Positions 32,783-43,240 are shown, counted from the stretch's first letter. The stretch is 64,000 nucleotides of DNA from Candidatus Latescibacterota bacterium (GCA_965226795.1 CBDDDZ010000005.1:608001-672000), one strand, 5' to 3'. Made by a program: numbers and translations. Notes: generated by a model from the sequence alone, not told the origin.

Positions 32783-33820
32783 TCAGCCGAAAAAGACGCT
32801 TGCGATATCATAGAGGTCCATATCCACGGTGCGCAGTTTGGATACCGCGTCTTTCAGCGGTACCGGAACGATATTGGTGCCCCGCAACGCCACCATATTG
32901 CCGAAATCTCCGGCGTACACCAGGTCGATTGCAGCAATGCCGAAGCGGGTGCCCAGGACACGATCGAACGCAGTGGGGCTGCCTCCGCGCTGAACGTGGC
33001 CCAATACGGTCACCCGGGTTTCAAATCCCGTTCGTTTTTCTATTTCGTCGCCAAGTACGATTCCAATCCCGCCCAGACGGACGTGGCCGAAGGCATCGCG
33101 TTGCTCGGACTGAAGGACGTGGGATTCATCGGACAGCTTGGCGCCCTCGGCAACCACCACGATACTGAAGGTCTTGCCGCGATCGTGTCGTTTCTGGATG
33201 GAGGCACAGACCATTTCCAGATCGACAGGCTGTTCGGGAATCAGGATCATGTCGGCGCCGCCCGCAATGCCGGCTTCGACGGCTATCCATCCCGCGTGAC
33301 GCCCCATCACCTCCACAACCATTACGCGGTTGTGGGACTCGGCGGTGGTATGCAACCTGTCGATGGCTTCGGTAACAATATTGATGGCCGTATCGAAACC
33401 AAAGGTCTGTTCCGTGCCGTCCAGGTCGTTATCGATGGTTTTGGGCACGCCGATCACGTTCAAGCCGTCTTCGTACAGCTTGCTGGCCACGCCTACCGTG
33501 TCGTCTCCGCCAACGGTAATCAGCGCATCCAGTCCCATCTTCAGTATGTTCTGTTTCACGATCTCGCTGCCGTTGGGCTCGTTATACGGGTTGGTCCTGG
33601 ATGTGCCCAGGATGGTGCCTCCTTTGGGCAGAATACCCGAGACAGCATTAAGGTTCAGCGGCATGTAGATCGACTCGAGCATGCCCTTCCAACCCTGCAT
33701 AACGCCCACGATCTCGTATCCGTAAGCGTCTATGCCTTTCCGCGTAACCGCACGTATTACCGCATTCAGCCCGGGGCAATCGCCGCCGCCGGTTAAAATG
33801 CCAACACGCATGCTCGCCAT
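32783..33820 (-). CDS. pfk: 6-phosphofructokinase, probably pyrophosphate-dependent
   Basis: TGGGDCPGLN, GGDDT, PKTIDND, EVMGRHAG, LGHVQRGG. Confidence 0.92.
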   Translation of the reverse strand: MASMRVGILTGGGDCPGLNAVIRAVTRKGIDAYGYEIVGVMQGWKGMLESIYMPLNLNAVSGILPKGGTILGTSRTNPYNEPNGSEIVKQNILKMGLDALITVGGDDTVGVASKLYEDGLNVIGVPKTIDNDLDGTEQTFGFDTAINIVTEAIDRLHTTAESHNRVMVVEVMGRHAGWIAVEAGIAGGADMILIPEQPVDLEMVCASIQKRHDRGKTFSIVVVAEGAKLSDESHVLQSEQRDAFGHVRLGGIGIVLGDEIEKRTGFETRVTVLGHVQRGGSPTAFDRVLGTRFGIAAIDLVYAGDFGNMVALRGTNIVPVPLKDAVSKLRTVDMDLYDIASVFFG

Positions 33821-33990
33821 AGGTGCGCTCCGCGCCAGGTCCGATTGTAACGCATGAAATGTCGCAAGGACGGGGTCCGTTTACACGGCTTACTATCCGA
33901 AATACAATCCGTTCGGAACGGAGTGAATTTAAGACATCCCTCGCTTAGTGTCAAGCTGTTTTTTTTGTCAAAGTGTTTGGAATCAACGCG

Positions 33991-34812
33991 TTAGATGAAA
34001 ATATGGGAGCCCGGGTCGTCCACCCTGGCACCCGTTTTTTTCGCGTCAAAATACGGACATGCTACGGCCGCCACGACGACTTCGGATGCGCCCGCTTCCA
34101 GCAGCGCCGTGGCGCATGCATTGGCCGTGGCCCCCGTGGTAACCACGTCGTCCACGAGCAGGACCTGGCGGTTTCTGACCAGATCGCTCCGCCGCCCTCG
34201 GAAGGCTCCTTCCATGTTTATACCGCGTTCCGCCGAATCCAGGGCCGTTTGTGTCTCCGTGGCACGTACACGCTTCAGCGCCCGTTCCTCAACGGACAGA
34301 TCCAACACCCGCGCCAGCGCCCGTGCAATCAATAGGCTCTGGTTGTAGCCACGTTCCCGCAACCTGCTGCGGTGAAGGGGCACCGGCACCACGACCGGCC
34401 GGGCCTCCGAGAGCGGTTCCCCTGCCAGCATCCGACCCAATGCTCGGCCCAACGTCTGGCCGGCGACGGTCTGTCCCTGGTATTTCAAATTGTGAACCAG
34501 ACGCTGCACCGATTGGCTGAACGGTGTTAGCGCATACAACCGGGAAAAAACGAAATCCTTGTCCGCGCAATTCGTGCAGGGATATGTAAGACCGGGACAG
34601 CCGCAACGGCCGCATCGCGGGCCTCGAATTATGCCCAGCGTCTCCCAGCAAGCGGGGCATAGACCGTCCGATTCGTCCAGCGGCGTTCGGCACAGCAGAC
34701 AGTGCGGGGGGTATACGAACCCGAGTACGGATTCCAGGAGGGATTGAAGAAAGCGTCTGAAAGCGTCCGTTTTCACGTCATCACTATCGGAATGATGAAA
34801 AATGGCTTGCAT
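33991..34812 (-). CDS. comF: ComF family protein (zinc ribbon plus phosphoribosyltransferase domain)
   Basis: CxxC pairs, PVPLH...RGYNQS, LLVDDVVTTGAT. Confidence 0.9.
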   Translation of the reverse strand: MQAIFHHSDSDDVKTDAFRRFLQSLLESVLGFVYPPHCLLCRTPLDESDGLCPACWETLGIIRGPRCGRCGCPGLTYPCTNCADKDFVFSRLYALTPFSQSVQRLVHNLKYQGQTVAGQTLGRALGRMLAGEPLSEARPVVVPVPLHRSRLRERGYNQSLLIARALARVLDLSVEERALKRVRATETQTALDSAERGINMEGAFRGRRSDLVRNRQVLLVDDVVTTGATANACATALLEAGASEVVVAAVACPYFDAKKTGARVDDPGSHIFI

Positions 34813-35115
34813 AACCGGCCTGTTAACAATACATTCTCACACTCGATATGATCGTCCGCGCACGGTCTGCGAAGCCCGCTTCGATTGAGCGTTTCCGTCT
34901 CCCCGCATCTGCACGGCCACGCCCCTTGCGTCCTGTCCCATAAATATGTCGCCATTCTCCCGCCGATTCATCCCGTCTCGCTACGTTGCCTTCTCTCGCC
35001 GACCTTGGGCAGGTCGCCTCACTCAGGCGCCTTGCGAGCCGGCCGACTCGTCGGCCGAATTTAGGCAATCTATTTCCGGGACAGAACACTTGACGCCCGT
35101 TCCCAATCGTCATTC

Positions 35116-37092
35116 ATGAAAAACACCCGCGCGATCATCTTCGATCTGGACGGTACACTTTTCGATCTGGATCCACTGGTTCAGGCGGCCCGAATGCGGG
35201 TCGCGCGCCATCTGTACGTCAATGGATTCTTCGCCTCCGAATCCTGCGCCCTCGGCCGGATCAACGACCTGGAACTGCGGCATGGGCCCTATTACTCTTC
35301 GTCTCCGTACTATTTCGCCTTCTACGACATCGCAAAAGCCCTCCAGCGCGACAAACCCGATCGACTTGCCAACTATATCAACAGACAGCGTCCCAACCAT
35401 CGAAGCCTGGAAGACACCGATACCATCGAAGCCTTCGTTGCGGAGCTCGAATACGTATACAACAGCGACGCGGTTGAAGACGTTAAGCTTTTCCCCGGCG
35501 GCGTCCAGACCCTCAAGGAACTTCGTGACGCTGGCTTCATGCTTTTTCTGGTGACATTCGGAAGAACGCTACGGCAGAAAAACAAGATTGACCTTCTCAA
35601 CATTGGGCACTATTTTCACGAAATTGTCAACGAAGGCCAGGCTTCTCACGACTACTGGTTCGCCGAACTCATCAAAGTCCATAAACTCTCTCCGGAGGAA
35701 GTCGTCTGCGTCGGCGACAGGGCCCAGGATGAGATTCGGGCGGGCAACCGTCTCGGATGCACAACGGTCTGGATGCGCCGCGGAAGATACGCAGAGGAAG
35801 AACCCGGAGAGGGCGACCGGCCAACCCATCAGATCCGGCTCCTCCCTCAGCTGTCAACCCTGATCCATCTGGCCCGCATGGACAAAGACCGGCGCCAGCT
35901 GAAGGTAGCTGCGCTCGGGGGCGGCACCGGGCTTCCCATCGTGTTGCGCGGCATCCAGACCTATACAGACAGCCCCACCGCCGTCGTGGCGGTAACGGAC
36001 ACCGGGGCTTCATCGGGCCGCATCCGCTGGAATCTGGGTGTTCAACCGCCCGGCGACATCCGCAATGCGCTGACCGCGCTGGCCGACCGACGCCGGGTCT
36101 CTCCCGGGCTCGTCCGGGTTTTCCAACACAGGTTTCCGGATAGCGAACGTGAAGCCGGGATCTTCCGAAATGACAATATCGGTAACTTCCTCATTGCCGC
36201 CTTAACCCAGCAGCTCGGGGATTTTCAGAAGGCCATCCAGACGGCCGGCGATATTCTGCGTATACGCGGGGAGATCTTTCCCGCCACAAACCAGAACGTG
36301 GACATTTGCGCCGAACTCGAGGACGGCGAGCAGCGATATACCGAGTGGATGGTACGCCAAACCGGCAAATCCCCATTAAAACGGGCGTATCTTGTCGCCA
36401 ACAGCGACATCCTTCGGGAATTGCAACAGCCGGACGGGGCCCTTTATCGAAAAGACGATTCCCGAACGGGCCAGGTCGAGGTCCACGCGAGGCCCGGAAG
36501 AGACTTCCGCCCCGAAACGTGCGAAGTCCGCTCGCCGCGTGGCGCCGTGCAGGCCATCGCTGACGCGGACATTGTGGTGCTCGGCCCCGGCAGTCTCTTC
36601 ACGAGTGTGATTACGAATTTGCTCGTTCCGGACATCAGACAGGCCCTGTGCGCCCGTCACCACGGAAAGACCTTCTACGTCTGCAACATCGTGACCCAGC
36701 CGGGTCAGACCGACGGATTTCGCGCATCGGATCATCTCCGCGCCATCCTGCGCCACTTCCCTGAGAGACATAACGGCTTCCTGGACCACATGCTTGTGCA
36801 GGAACCGGAAGGATTCAAAAGGCCCGGAGGCCGAAATTGGCGGCCGGTATTGAATGCCTACCTCAACGACGGCAAAGAACCCGTTTTCTGCGATCCTGAT
36901 GAGATCCGCCGTCTGGTAACCTACACAGTTACGGATCTGCTTGAGGACTACACGTCTGAGGTGAAGAGCCGCCGTGCGGGAGACTTCATCAGCCACAATC
37001 CGGACAGGGTGGCCGACGCCGTCTGCCGGATTTATTGCGGGTTGGAAGTACCGGACTACGGGGAAGTGGACAATGGCTCGTCGGCGGATTGA
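35116..37092 (+). CDS. HAD hydrolase fused to a YvcK/CofD-like (UPF0052, GlmR/CuvA) domain
   Basis: N-terminal FDLDGTL...VGDR...GN HAD motifs; C-terminal LGGGTG, DTGASSG, PPGDIRN, LGPGSLFTS, NIVTQPGQT. Confidence 0.85.
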   Translation: MKNTRAIIFDLDGTLFDLDPLVQAARMRVARHLYVNGFFASESCALGRINDLELRHGPYYSSSPYYFAFYDIAKALQRDKPDRLANYINRQRPNHRSLEDTDTIEAFVAELEYVYNSDAVEDVKLFPGGVQTLKELRDAGFMLFLVTFGRTLRQKNKIDLLNIGHYFHEIVNEGQASHDYWFAELIKVHKLSPEEVVCVGDRAQDEIRAGNRLGCTTVWMRRGRYAEEEPGEGDRPTHQIRLLPQLSTLIHLARMDKDRRQLKVAALGGGTGLPIVLRGIQTYTDSPTAVVAVTDTGASSGRIRWNLGVQPPGDIRNALTALADRRRVSPGLVRVFQHRFPDSEREAGIFRNDNIGNFLIAALTQQLGDFQKAIQTAGDILRIRGEIFPATNQNVDICAELEDGEQRYTEWMVRQTGKSPLKRAYLVANSDILRELQQPDGALYRKDDSRTGQVEVHARPGRDFRPETCEVRSPRGAVQAIADADIVVLGPGSLFTSVITNLLVPDIRQALCARHHGKTFYVCNIVTQPGQTDGFRASDHLRAILRHFPERHNGFLDHMLVQEPEGFKRPGGRNWRPVLNAYLNDGKEPVFCDPDEIRRLVTYTVTDLLEDYTSEVKSRRAGDFISHNPDRVADAVCRIYCGLEVPDYGEVDNGSSAD

Positions 37093-37765
37093 AGCCGTCA
37101 TCTTCGACCTGGACGACACCCTTTTCGACTGCACGGCTCAGTTGACCGAACCGGCGCGCCGCAGGGCGGCTGAAACACTTGCCGCGGCCATTCCGGATTC
37201 AACCGCGTCCGCCCTGCATCGTCTGCAGGCGGAACTGGCAGATCGATTCAGTTCATCCGACGCCATTCGAGAAATCGCGCGCCGCCACGGATTGTCCGCC
37301 GATGTTGTGGAAAGCGCGCTTTCGGTATACAATCGGGGCGAGGTGGAAGCCATTACGCCCTTCCCGGACACGCTCCCCACGCTGGATGAACTCACGGTCA
37401 GGACCTACCGCCTCTGCCTGGTGACGACAGGCCGCCCGGAACGGCAGCGGCGAAAGATACGCCGCCTCGGCCTTCGGGTCTATTTCAGCGAGGAAGAGGG
37501 CACGCTCTTTTTCCACGACGACCGTCGCGTCCGTGCAAAAGACGAGGCGCTTCGTCGGGCGGTCAGACACCTCGACCTTCCACCCGGCCGGATCCTTTCG
37601 GTAGGGGACAAGCTGAATTCGGAAATCTCCGCGTCGAAACGCCTGGGCATGCGCACTGCGCGCCTGCGCTTCGGCAGGCAAAAAAACCAGCGCCCTCGAT
37701 CCCCCGTGGAACGCCCGGACCACGAATTGAACCGTCTGTCGGACCTGCTCGAACTGTTGCCCTGA
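37073..37765 (+). CDS. HAD family hydrolase
   Basis: FDLDDTL, LVTTG, VGDK; overlaps the upstream gene by 20 nt. Confidence 0.85.
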   Translation: MARRRIEAVIFDLDDTLFDCTAQLTEPARRRAAETLAAAIPDSTASALHRLQAELADRFSSSDAIREIARRHGLSADVVESALSVYNRGEVEAITPFPDTLPTLDELTVRTYRLCLVTTGRPERQRRKIRRLGLRVYFSEEEGTLFFHDDRRVRAKDEALRRAVRHLDLPPGRILSVGDKLNSEISASKRLGMRTARLRFGRQKNQRPRSPVERPDHELNRLSDLLELLP

Positions 37766-37799
37766 AATGAACGCGCATTTACGCGGATTTCTTCCGGGT

Positions 37800-38570
37800 T
37801 CAGAAATCCACGGTGACCCGATCGCCTCGCCTCAACCCCAGTTTCTGCGCTGCATTGCCTCCGTTTATCGCAACCTCCAGCGTATCCTCGCTTCCGTATA
37901 GAACCAGGGCCTCGCCCTCCGGAACGTCGGTGTACGTGCGGAAGATACCGTCAAACACGTTTTTTCCGACGCGCACGCCCACCTCTCCGTGACCCACCTG
38001 TCGTCTGTCGAGATTGCTGATCCCGTTTCCGAAACGATCCACGTGCACGATCCGACCGACAACCACGTTGTCGCGCACCTGAATCGTCCATATATCCAGG
38101 CGGATCGGATCCGTAACCGGCGGCCCCAGTCCGGCCACGGGGACTCCGTTGCACAGATGCGCCGCGACCGGGCCGAAGATATCCCGGCCGTGAAAGGTGG
38201 GGCTCGCCGCGGACCTGAAAACCGCCGCATTCGTGATCTCAACGACATTCCACTTCGGCTCGCAGTGGAACACCCCGCTGAACAATCCGTTGTCCGGCCC
38301 GACAAAGCGGTAGTCCGGCGTTTCCACCGCGATTGCGCGGCGTTGGCTTCCTACGCCGGGATCGACAACTGCGAGGTGGACCGTACCCACCGGGAAATAG
38401 CGGTACGCGCTGAACAGGATATAAGCCCCGGCGGCCACGTCCTGTGGAGGGACCTGATGGGTGACGTCCACCAGCGAGACATCCGGCGCGATAGCGAGCA
38501 TCGCCCCCTTCGTCGCGGCCACGTACCCGTCGTGAAGCCCGAAATCCGTTGTCAATGTAATCAGGCCCAA
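37800..38570 (-). CDS. SAM hydroxide adenosyltransferase / chlorinase-fluorinase family (DUF62)
   Basis: TLTTDFG, VVDPGVG, GPDNG, TFHGRDIF, VDRFGN; TTG start after GGGGAGG. Confidence 0.92.
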   Translation of the reverse strand: MGLITLTTDFGLHDGYVAATKGAMLAIAPDVSLVDVTHQVPPQDVAAGAYILFSAYRYFPVGTVHLAVVDPGVGSQRRAIAVETPDYRFVGPDNGLFSGVFHCEPKWNVVEITNAAVFRSAASPTFHGRDIFGPVAAHLCNGVPVAGLGPPVTDPIRLDIWTIQVRDNVVVGRIVHVDRFGNGISNLDRRQVGHGEVGVRVGKNVFDGIFRTYTDVPEGEALVLYGSEDTLEVAINGGNAAQKLGLRRGDRVTVDF

Positions 38571-38862
38571 AAGAAACCTCCCCGGTCGGCTGCCACCGGA
38601 CGGTCATCGCACTTTGCGGAGAGCCTAAGGAAAAAGCCAGGGAACCGACCGCTACAATATAAAGCAAGGAAAGCGGTCGCGCGAAACCGGATTCAAGCCC
38701 GCTCTGCGCCTCTGAACCACCCATCCTCGTGCCCGGCGGCTCCCCGACGGAATTGTCGGTTTGGTGGCACGGGATCGGCGCATTCCGACAGTCGCTGGCT
38801 GAGGGCGGGCGCGGGCTACGCCCGGTCCTGGCTCCCGTAACCACGTGACCGTGTCTGTTTCG

Positions 38863-39552
38863 TCAGAAAAGTTCCGCCTCCTTCATACTCAGGAAACGCT
38901 CCGCTCCCAGAATGATGTGGTCCAGAACTTCGATGCCCATAATCTCACCGGCCTGCACCATACGGCGCGTCAGTTCAATGTCCTCACGGCTCGGCGTTAC
39001 GTCTCCGGACGGGTGGTTGTGCGCCAGGATGACGCTGGCCGCGCACGAGCCCACGGCAGGGAAAAATACCTCGCGAGGATGAACCAGCGACGCGTTCAGC
39101 GATCCCACCGACACCTCCTCCCTGCAGATGACCTGGTTTCGGGCATTCAGAAAGAGCGCCACGAAATGCTCTTTTCTTCGATCCTTGAACTCCGCTAGCA
39201 GCCCGACCGCGTCGGACGGTTTCGTTATAGAAGGCTCGATGCCCATCCCCTGGTTCAACGCCCGCCTCGCCAATTCGAACCCTGCCACGAGACCGGCGGC
39301 CTTCGCCTGCCCGATGCCCTTGATTGCCGTCAGTTCCGTCAGCCCCATCGCCATCAGCGCCTGGGGTGAATGCTGTTTCAGAATCCCCCCGGCAACCTCG
39401 AGGACATTCTTGCCTTCATAACCCGTCCGCAGAAGGACCGCCAGCAATTCCTCGTTCCTCAGCGCTTCCGCGCCAAGCCGCTCCAGTTTTTCCCGCGGCA
39501 GATCCACGTCCGCGACTCCGTCGATTCCCCTGCGCCGGGCGAGTACTTCCAT
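38863..39552 (-). CDS. radC: RadC (JAB/MPN domain) protein
   Basis: PREKL, HhH IKGIG, VHPREVF, AHNHPSGD, LDHII. Confidence 0.93.
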   Translation of the reverse strand: MEVLARRRGIDGVADVDLPREKLERLGAEALRNEELLAVLLRTGYEGKNVLEVAGGILKQHSPQALMAMGLTELTAIKGIGQAKAAGLVAGFELARRALNQGMGIEPSITKPSDAVGLLAEFKDRRKEHFVALFLNARNQVICREEVSVGSLNASLVHPREVFFPAVGSCAASVILAHNHPSGDVTPSREDIELTRRMVQAGEIMGIEVLDHIILGAERFLSMKEAELF

Positions 39553-39612
39553 TCTGTCGTTTTCCTTACTTAAGTCGACGGATGCCAGACCGGGCCTGAT
39601 CTGAAGAAGCTG

Positions 39613-39900
39613 TCAGCGATCAGCAATCAGCGGTCAGCAAAAACAGTAAGAGGCAAGACGCGAGACGTGAGAAAAGGCAAAAAAGGCGGCAAGAGGCGAG
39701 ACGGAAGAGGTTAGACGTGTAGATATCCTCGACACATGACACTCCGTTTAGCAGACCTTCGCTAAGACGAAGCTTTAGCGATCTCGACGGGAGGGATACA
39801 AACGCGGGTTCGAGATCCGTGGGGAGAGGGGTGGACCTCTCACTTCTGGGGTCTCGCTTTTTTCCGGTTGTGGCCTTCTTCCCTCTGGCGTCTGCCTTCT
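39613..39900. repeat. Inverted arrays of 7-nt tandem repeats
   Basis: TCAGCNN x4 (39613-39640); AGANNNN arrays (39649-39719); complementary TCTNNNN arrays (39838-39900). Confidence 0.6.
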
Positions 39901-40387
39901 TGCCGAATCTTAAAGGTTCACCGTTCCGTCCTGCGTTTCGTCGAATCAGGCCGATTTCCGGCAATAGAATGAAGCAAACGCCGTTCCGATACGAAAAAAA
40001 ACACGGTCGCCGCATGCTGCCGGGCTCCGCGCGTCCTCTCGCGTCTTTTCCGACGCCGCTCGCTGAACACGGTTTTCAGAGCGGCAGGGTCGTACGGAAA
40101 GATCCTTCCAATAGAAGGGTGAATGCGAGTACCGGGTTTTCATAAAACAATTCCGAAGAATTCGGCCCCTTTTGGTTAAATCTCGAACCGTGCATTCTTC
40201 GATTGTGATTGAATGACGTGAGAGCGAACCAATGGACACGGCACAAGCGGTGAGCTTGTTCGAGAAGAACTGGTTCCTGCGCCATCAGAAGAAACTGGAT
40301 CTGAGAGCCGCGGAGTAACGCGCGGCCTTTACGGCGCTTCCTCAGCCGGCCACCTCGGCATACGCAGACCGTGCGCACTATACAGCG

Positions 40388-41627
40388 CTAATCGGTGAAC
40401 ACCGCACTCGCACCGGACAGGAGGTTCTCGACCCGTTCGCCGGCTTTCATCACGCGTCGGATCTCCTGCAAATACGCCACTTCCTCCAGGGGGTTTCCTT
40501 CCACGGCGATCACGTCCGCCAGGTAAGCCGGGCGCGAGGCGCCCCAGCCGATCCGACATACCCAGCATCAGGGCCGTATTCGTCGTCACGGCCCTGATCG
40601 CGTCGGCGGTTGAAACGCCGAGGTCCGAAAGTGCCCTGGCCTCCCGCCACAACGTCGCGTGGGTGCTGTCCGTTCCCAGGCAGACCTTCACCCCGGCATC
40701 GACGGCTTCCGGCAGGTAGCGCGACGTGCGTTCCCTCGCACGCTCCACGCGGCGCCGCCACCAATCCAGGCGCCAGGTCTCGAAGGATTCGAATCCGACC
40801 TCCCGGTCAAAGAACAGTTGAAGATTGGGATCGCTCAGGTACGCGCCGGACTTCACGAACAGTTCCACGTCCTTGGCTTCGAGCAGATTGGCGTGTTCGA
40901 TACTGTCGATCCCCGCCTCCATCGCCCACCGCATGGCCGGCCCGCCGATCGCGTGGGCGGCAACCGGGATCCCCAGGTTATGCGAGACGCCGATGGCCGT
41001 CTCGATCTCCTTTCGGGAGTAGGCCGCCACGTCCGTAAGGTCTCCGCGGAGATAGTCCGCGAACGTATCGCCGTCTCTCACGTTGGTGATAAACAGCTTC
41101 GTCCAATCCGCGCCCTGCGACGCGTTCTCACGGATCCGGACGTCCAGTTCCGCATCGCCGTCGGCCGGAAAAGACAGAAAGGGCGCTGTGCCCTTCGTCG
41201 GACGCAGCGCCCGTACACATACCCTCAGCCGGGGTCCCACCGCCTCTTTTCGTTCGATCGCCTCCTGAAACGGCTTTTCGACGCCCGGACGATCTCCAAG
41301 TGTCCGCATCGTCGTCACCCCGGTGGCTAAGTCGCTCCTGAGGTTCATCGCCCCACGCAGGACCGCGGTTGTCGGATCCAGTTCGAAGTGGGCGTTCAGC
41401 GGAACGCGGAAGCGGTTGTTGGCCGTAATGTGGGCATGGGAGTCTATCAGGGCCGGCATCACCGTCCACGAAGACCAGTCCAGCGTTTCCCACGTTGGAT
41501 CCACGTTCAGGTTCGACGGCGCTCCCGCGCCCAGAACGCGCTTGCCATCGAGTATCACGATACCGCCAAGTATGGGTGGTGCGTCAGGGTCGGCGATGAG
41601 TAGCTTCGATTTGATCAGGGTCGGCAT
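40388..41627 (-). CDS. Amidohydrolase family protein (one extra base near 40525)
   Basis: PALIDSHAH, AAHA, SIEH, GTD; removing one T restores GRLAPGYLADVIAVEGNPL...VMKAG to a TAG at 40388. Confidence 0.85.
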
Positions 41628-41666
41628 GGGCGGGTCAGTGCGCTCTTCGGGTGTTGGTAGTTGGCG

Positions 41667-42605
41667 TCAGACGCGGACCAGTTTGCGGAAACTGCGCATT
41701 TCTCTGGGTGGATCCAGTTGCGAACCGAAAGCGCTCCAGGACACTTCTCCAACGTAGATATCCCCACGCGAATCCACGGCCAACCCGTGCGGAGCCGTGA
41801 ACTGGCCGGGACCCTCGCCGGCCAGTGGGTCTCCCAACCTGGCCAGGCGGTTGCCCTCCACATCATGAATACTTACGCATGAGCCCACGTTGGGATAGGT
41901 TGCGTTGACGTCGAGTTGCGTGGGCAGCTGTCCGACGTAGACGAGGTCGCCGTCGATATGCAGGCCGCATGGGCGGTGGAGATTGTTCCACTGCGTAAGA
42001 TAATTGCCCTCGGGGTCGAACACCTGCACACGGTGGTTTTCCCGGTCGGCGATATAGACCGATCCGTGGCTGTCCGCGCAGACGCTGTGCACAAGGTTGA
42101 ACTGGCCGGGATCCGTTCCGTAGTTGCCCCAGGAAAAAAGGTGTTCGCCTGTCGACGAGAACTTGTGCACCCGCGCGTTACCGTAACCGTCCGAGATATA
42201 GAGATCTCCGATCGCAGGATCGAAGGCCACTTTGGTGGGCTGGTTGAACGGCGTCCCGCTTTGCGCCGGGGCGCCCCGACCGGGTGTTCCGATCACCATC
42301 AGCACCTCGCCATCCAGCGTGCACTTTCTGACACAGTGTCCCTGGTCGTCCACACAATATAGCATCCCGTCAGGACCCAGCGTCAGGCCGTGGGGGCGCG
42401 CGAACAGGCCTTCTCCCCATGAAAAAAGAAATTGCCCGTCCCGGTCGAACACGATGACCGGATGTTCTCCCCTGTTGAACACGTACACCCGGTCGTTTGA
42501 ATCCACCACCATATCCACCACCTCTTTAAACCGCCAGCCCTCGGGCAAACGCGCCCAGTCGGACTGTTCCTCATACTGGAATTTACCGCTGCCGAGAAGA
42601 GCCAT
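41667..42605 (-). CDS. NHL-repeat protein (peptidyl-alpha-hydroxyglycine lyase-like)
   Basis: VYVFNRG, SDGYGNARV, ADRENHRVQVF, PHGLAVDS repeats. Confidence 0.85.
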   Translation of the reverse strand: MALLGSGKFQYEEQSDWARLPEGWRFKEVVDMVVDSNDRVYVFNRGEHPVIVFDRDGQFLFSWGEGLFARPHGLTLGPDGMLYCVDDQGHCVRKCTLDGEVLMVIGTPGRGAPAQSGTPFNQPTKVAFDPAIGDLYISDGYGNARVHKFSSTGEHLFSWGNYGTDPGQFNLVHSVCADSHGSVYIADRENHRVQVFDPEGNYLTQWNNLHRPCGLHIDGDLVYVGQLPTQLDVNATYPNVGSCVSIHDVEGNRLARLGDPLAGEGPGQFTAPHGLAVDSRGDIYVGEVSWSAFGSQLDPPREMRSFRKLVRV

Positions 42606-42882
42606 AGGGTACCCCTTTTGCCGTAGTTGATTGATGGACCGCCCACTGTGGGGGCCGCCTGCCGGAACCATGCCGTACCGCGATGTTCCCTGGATTTCAT
42701 GCGCGATTCGGTCTGTGTCCAGTATACGCCCCCGCATTCCGGCCTGTCAACAGGAACGCGCGCCATCCGTTTACCGCGCACAATGTTCTTGTATGCGTAC
42801 ATACACATGGCTATCTTTTGCCGCAAGCCGTTCGAACAGACAGCGAATTCTACGACCCGACGCACCAACGGAAACCGAAATT

Positions 42883-43155
42883 ATGGCCATTTCTCCCGTA
42901 CAGGTCGCCTTCCGGGGTTTTCAGTGCGACCTCCCCGATGCGCGCATCCTGAATTGCATCCAGCAGGCGCTGATTGCCGGAAGGGTGAAACGTCCCGTAT
43001 TCACGCGTTGGCCCGGGGGCGAACCGATCTCCGTCCACATCGGCGAGTCCCATCTGACGAACTGGAGGCGCCAATTCCACGAGGGCGTGAGCGTGGACAT
43101 CCCCGCAGACGTGTCAGAGAAGCTGGACGACATTCTCGGCGTACCACGTACATAG
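42883..43155 (+). CDS. Small hypothetical protein
   Basis: 90-aa ORF with host-like codon usage, between a divergent gene and a repeat cluster. Confidence 0.45.
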   Translation: MAISPVQVAFRGFQCDLPDARILNCIQQALIAGRVKRPVFTRWPGGEPISVHIGESHLTNWRRQFHEGVSVDIPADVSEKLDDILGVPRT

Positions 43156-43240
43156 ACAGGCGTCTAAGGCGCCTGCGACCTGCGGAAGGCCTGCGAGTTC
43201 GCTTCGAATGTCTCAGTCCAGCCAGCACAAGCATCGTACG

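Noticed and set aside
38686..38826. SRP RNA, tmRNA or cobalamin riboswitch assignment
   Set aside because: Hallmark motifs (GGAA tetraloop with AGCAG, tRNA-like ends, B12 box) were not found by eye; kept only as an unassigned candidate.
39620..40378. Short ORFs between radC and the amidohydrolase
   Set aside because: No recognisable motifs; parts are translations of heptamer repeats (LASCRLFCLFSRLASC).
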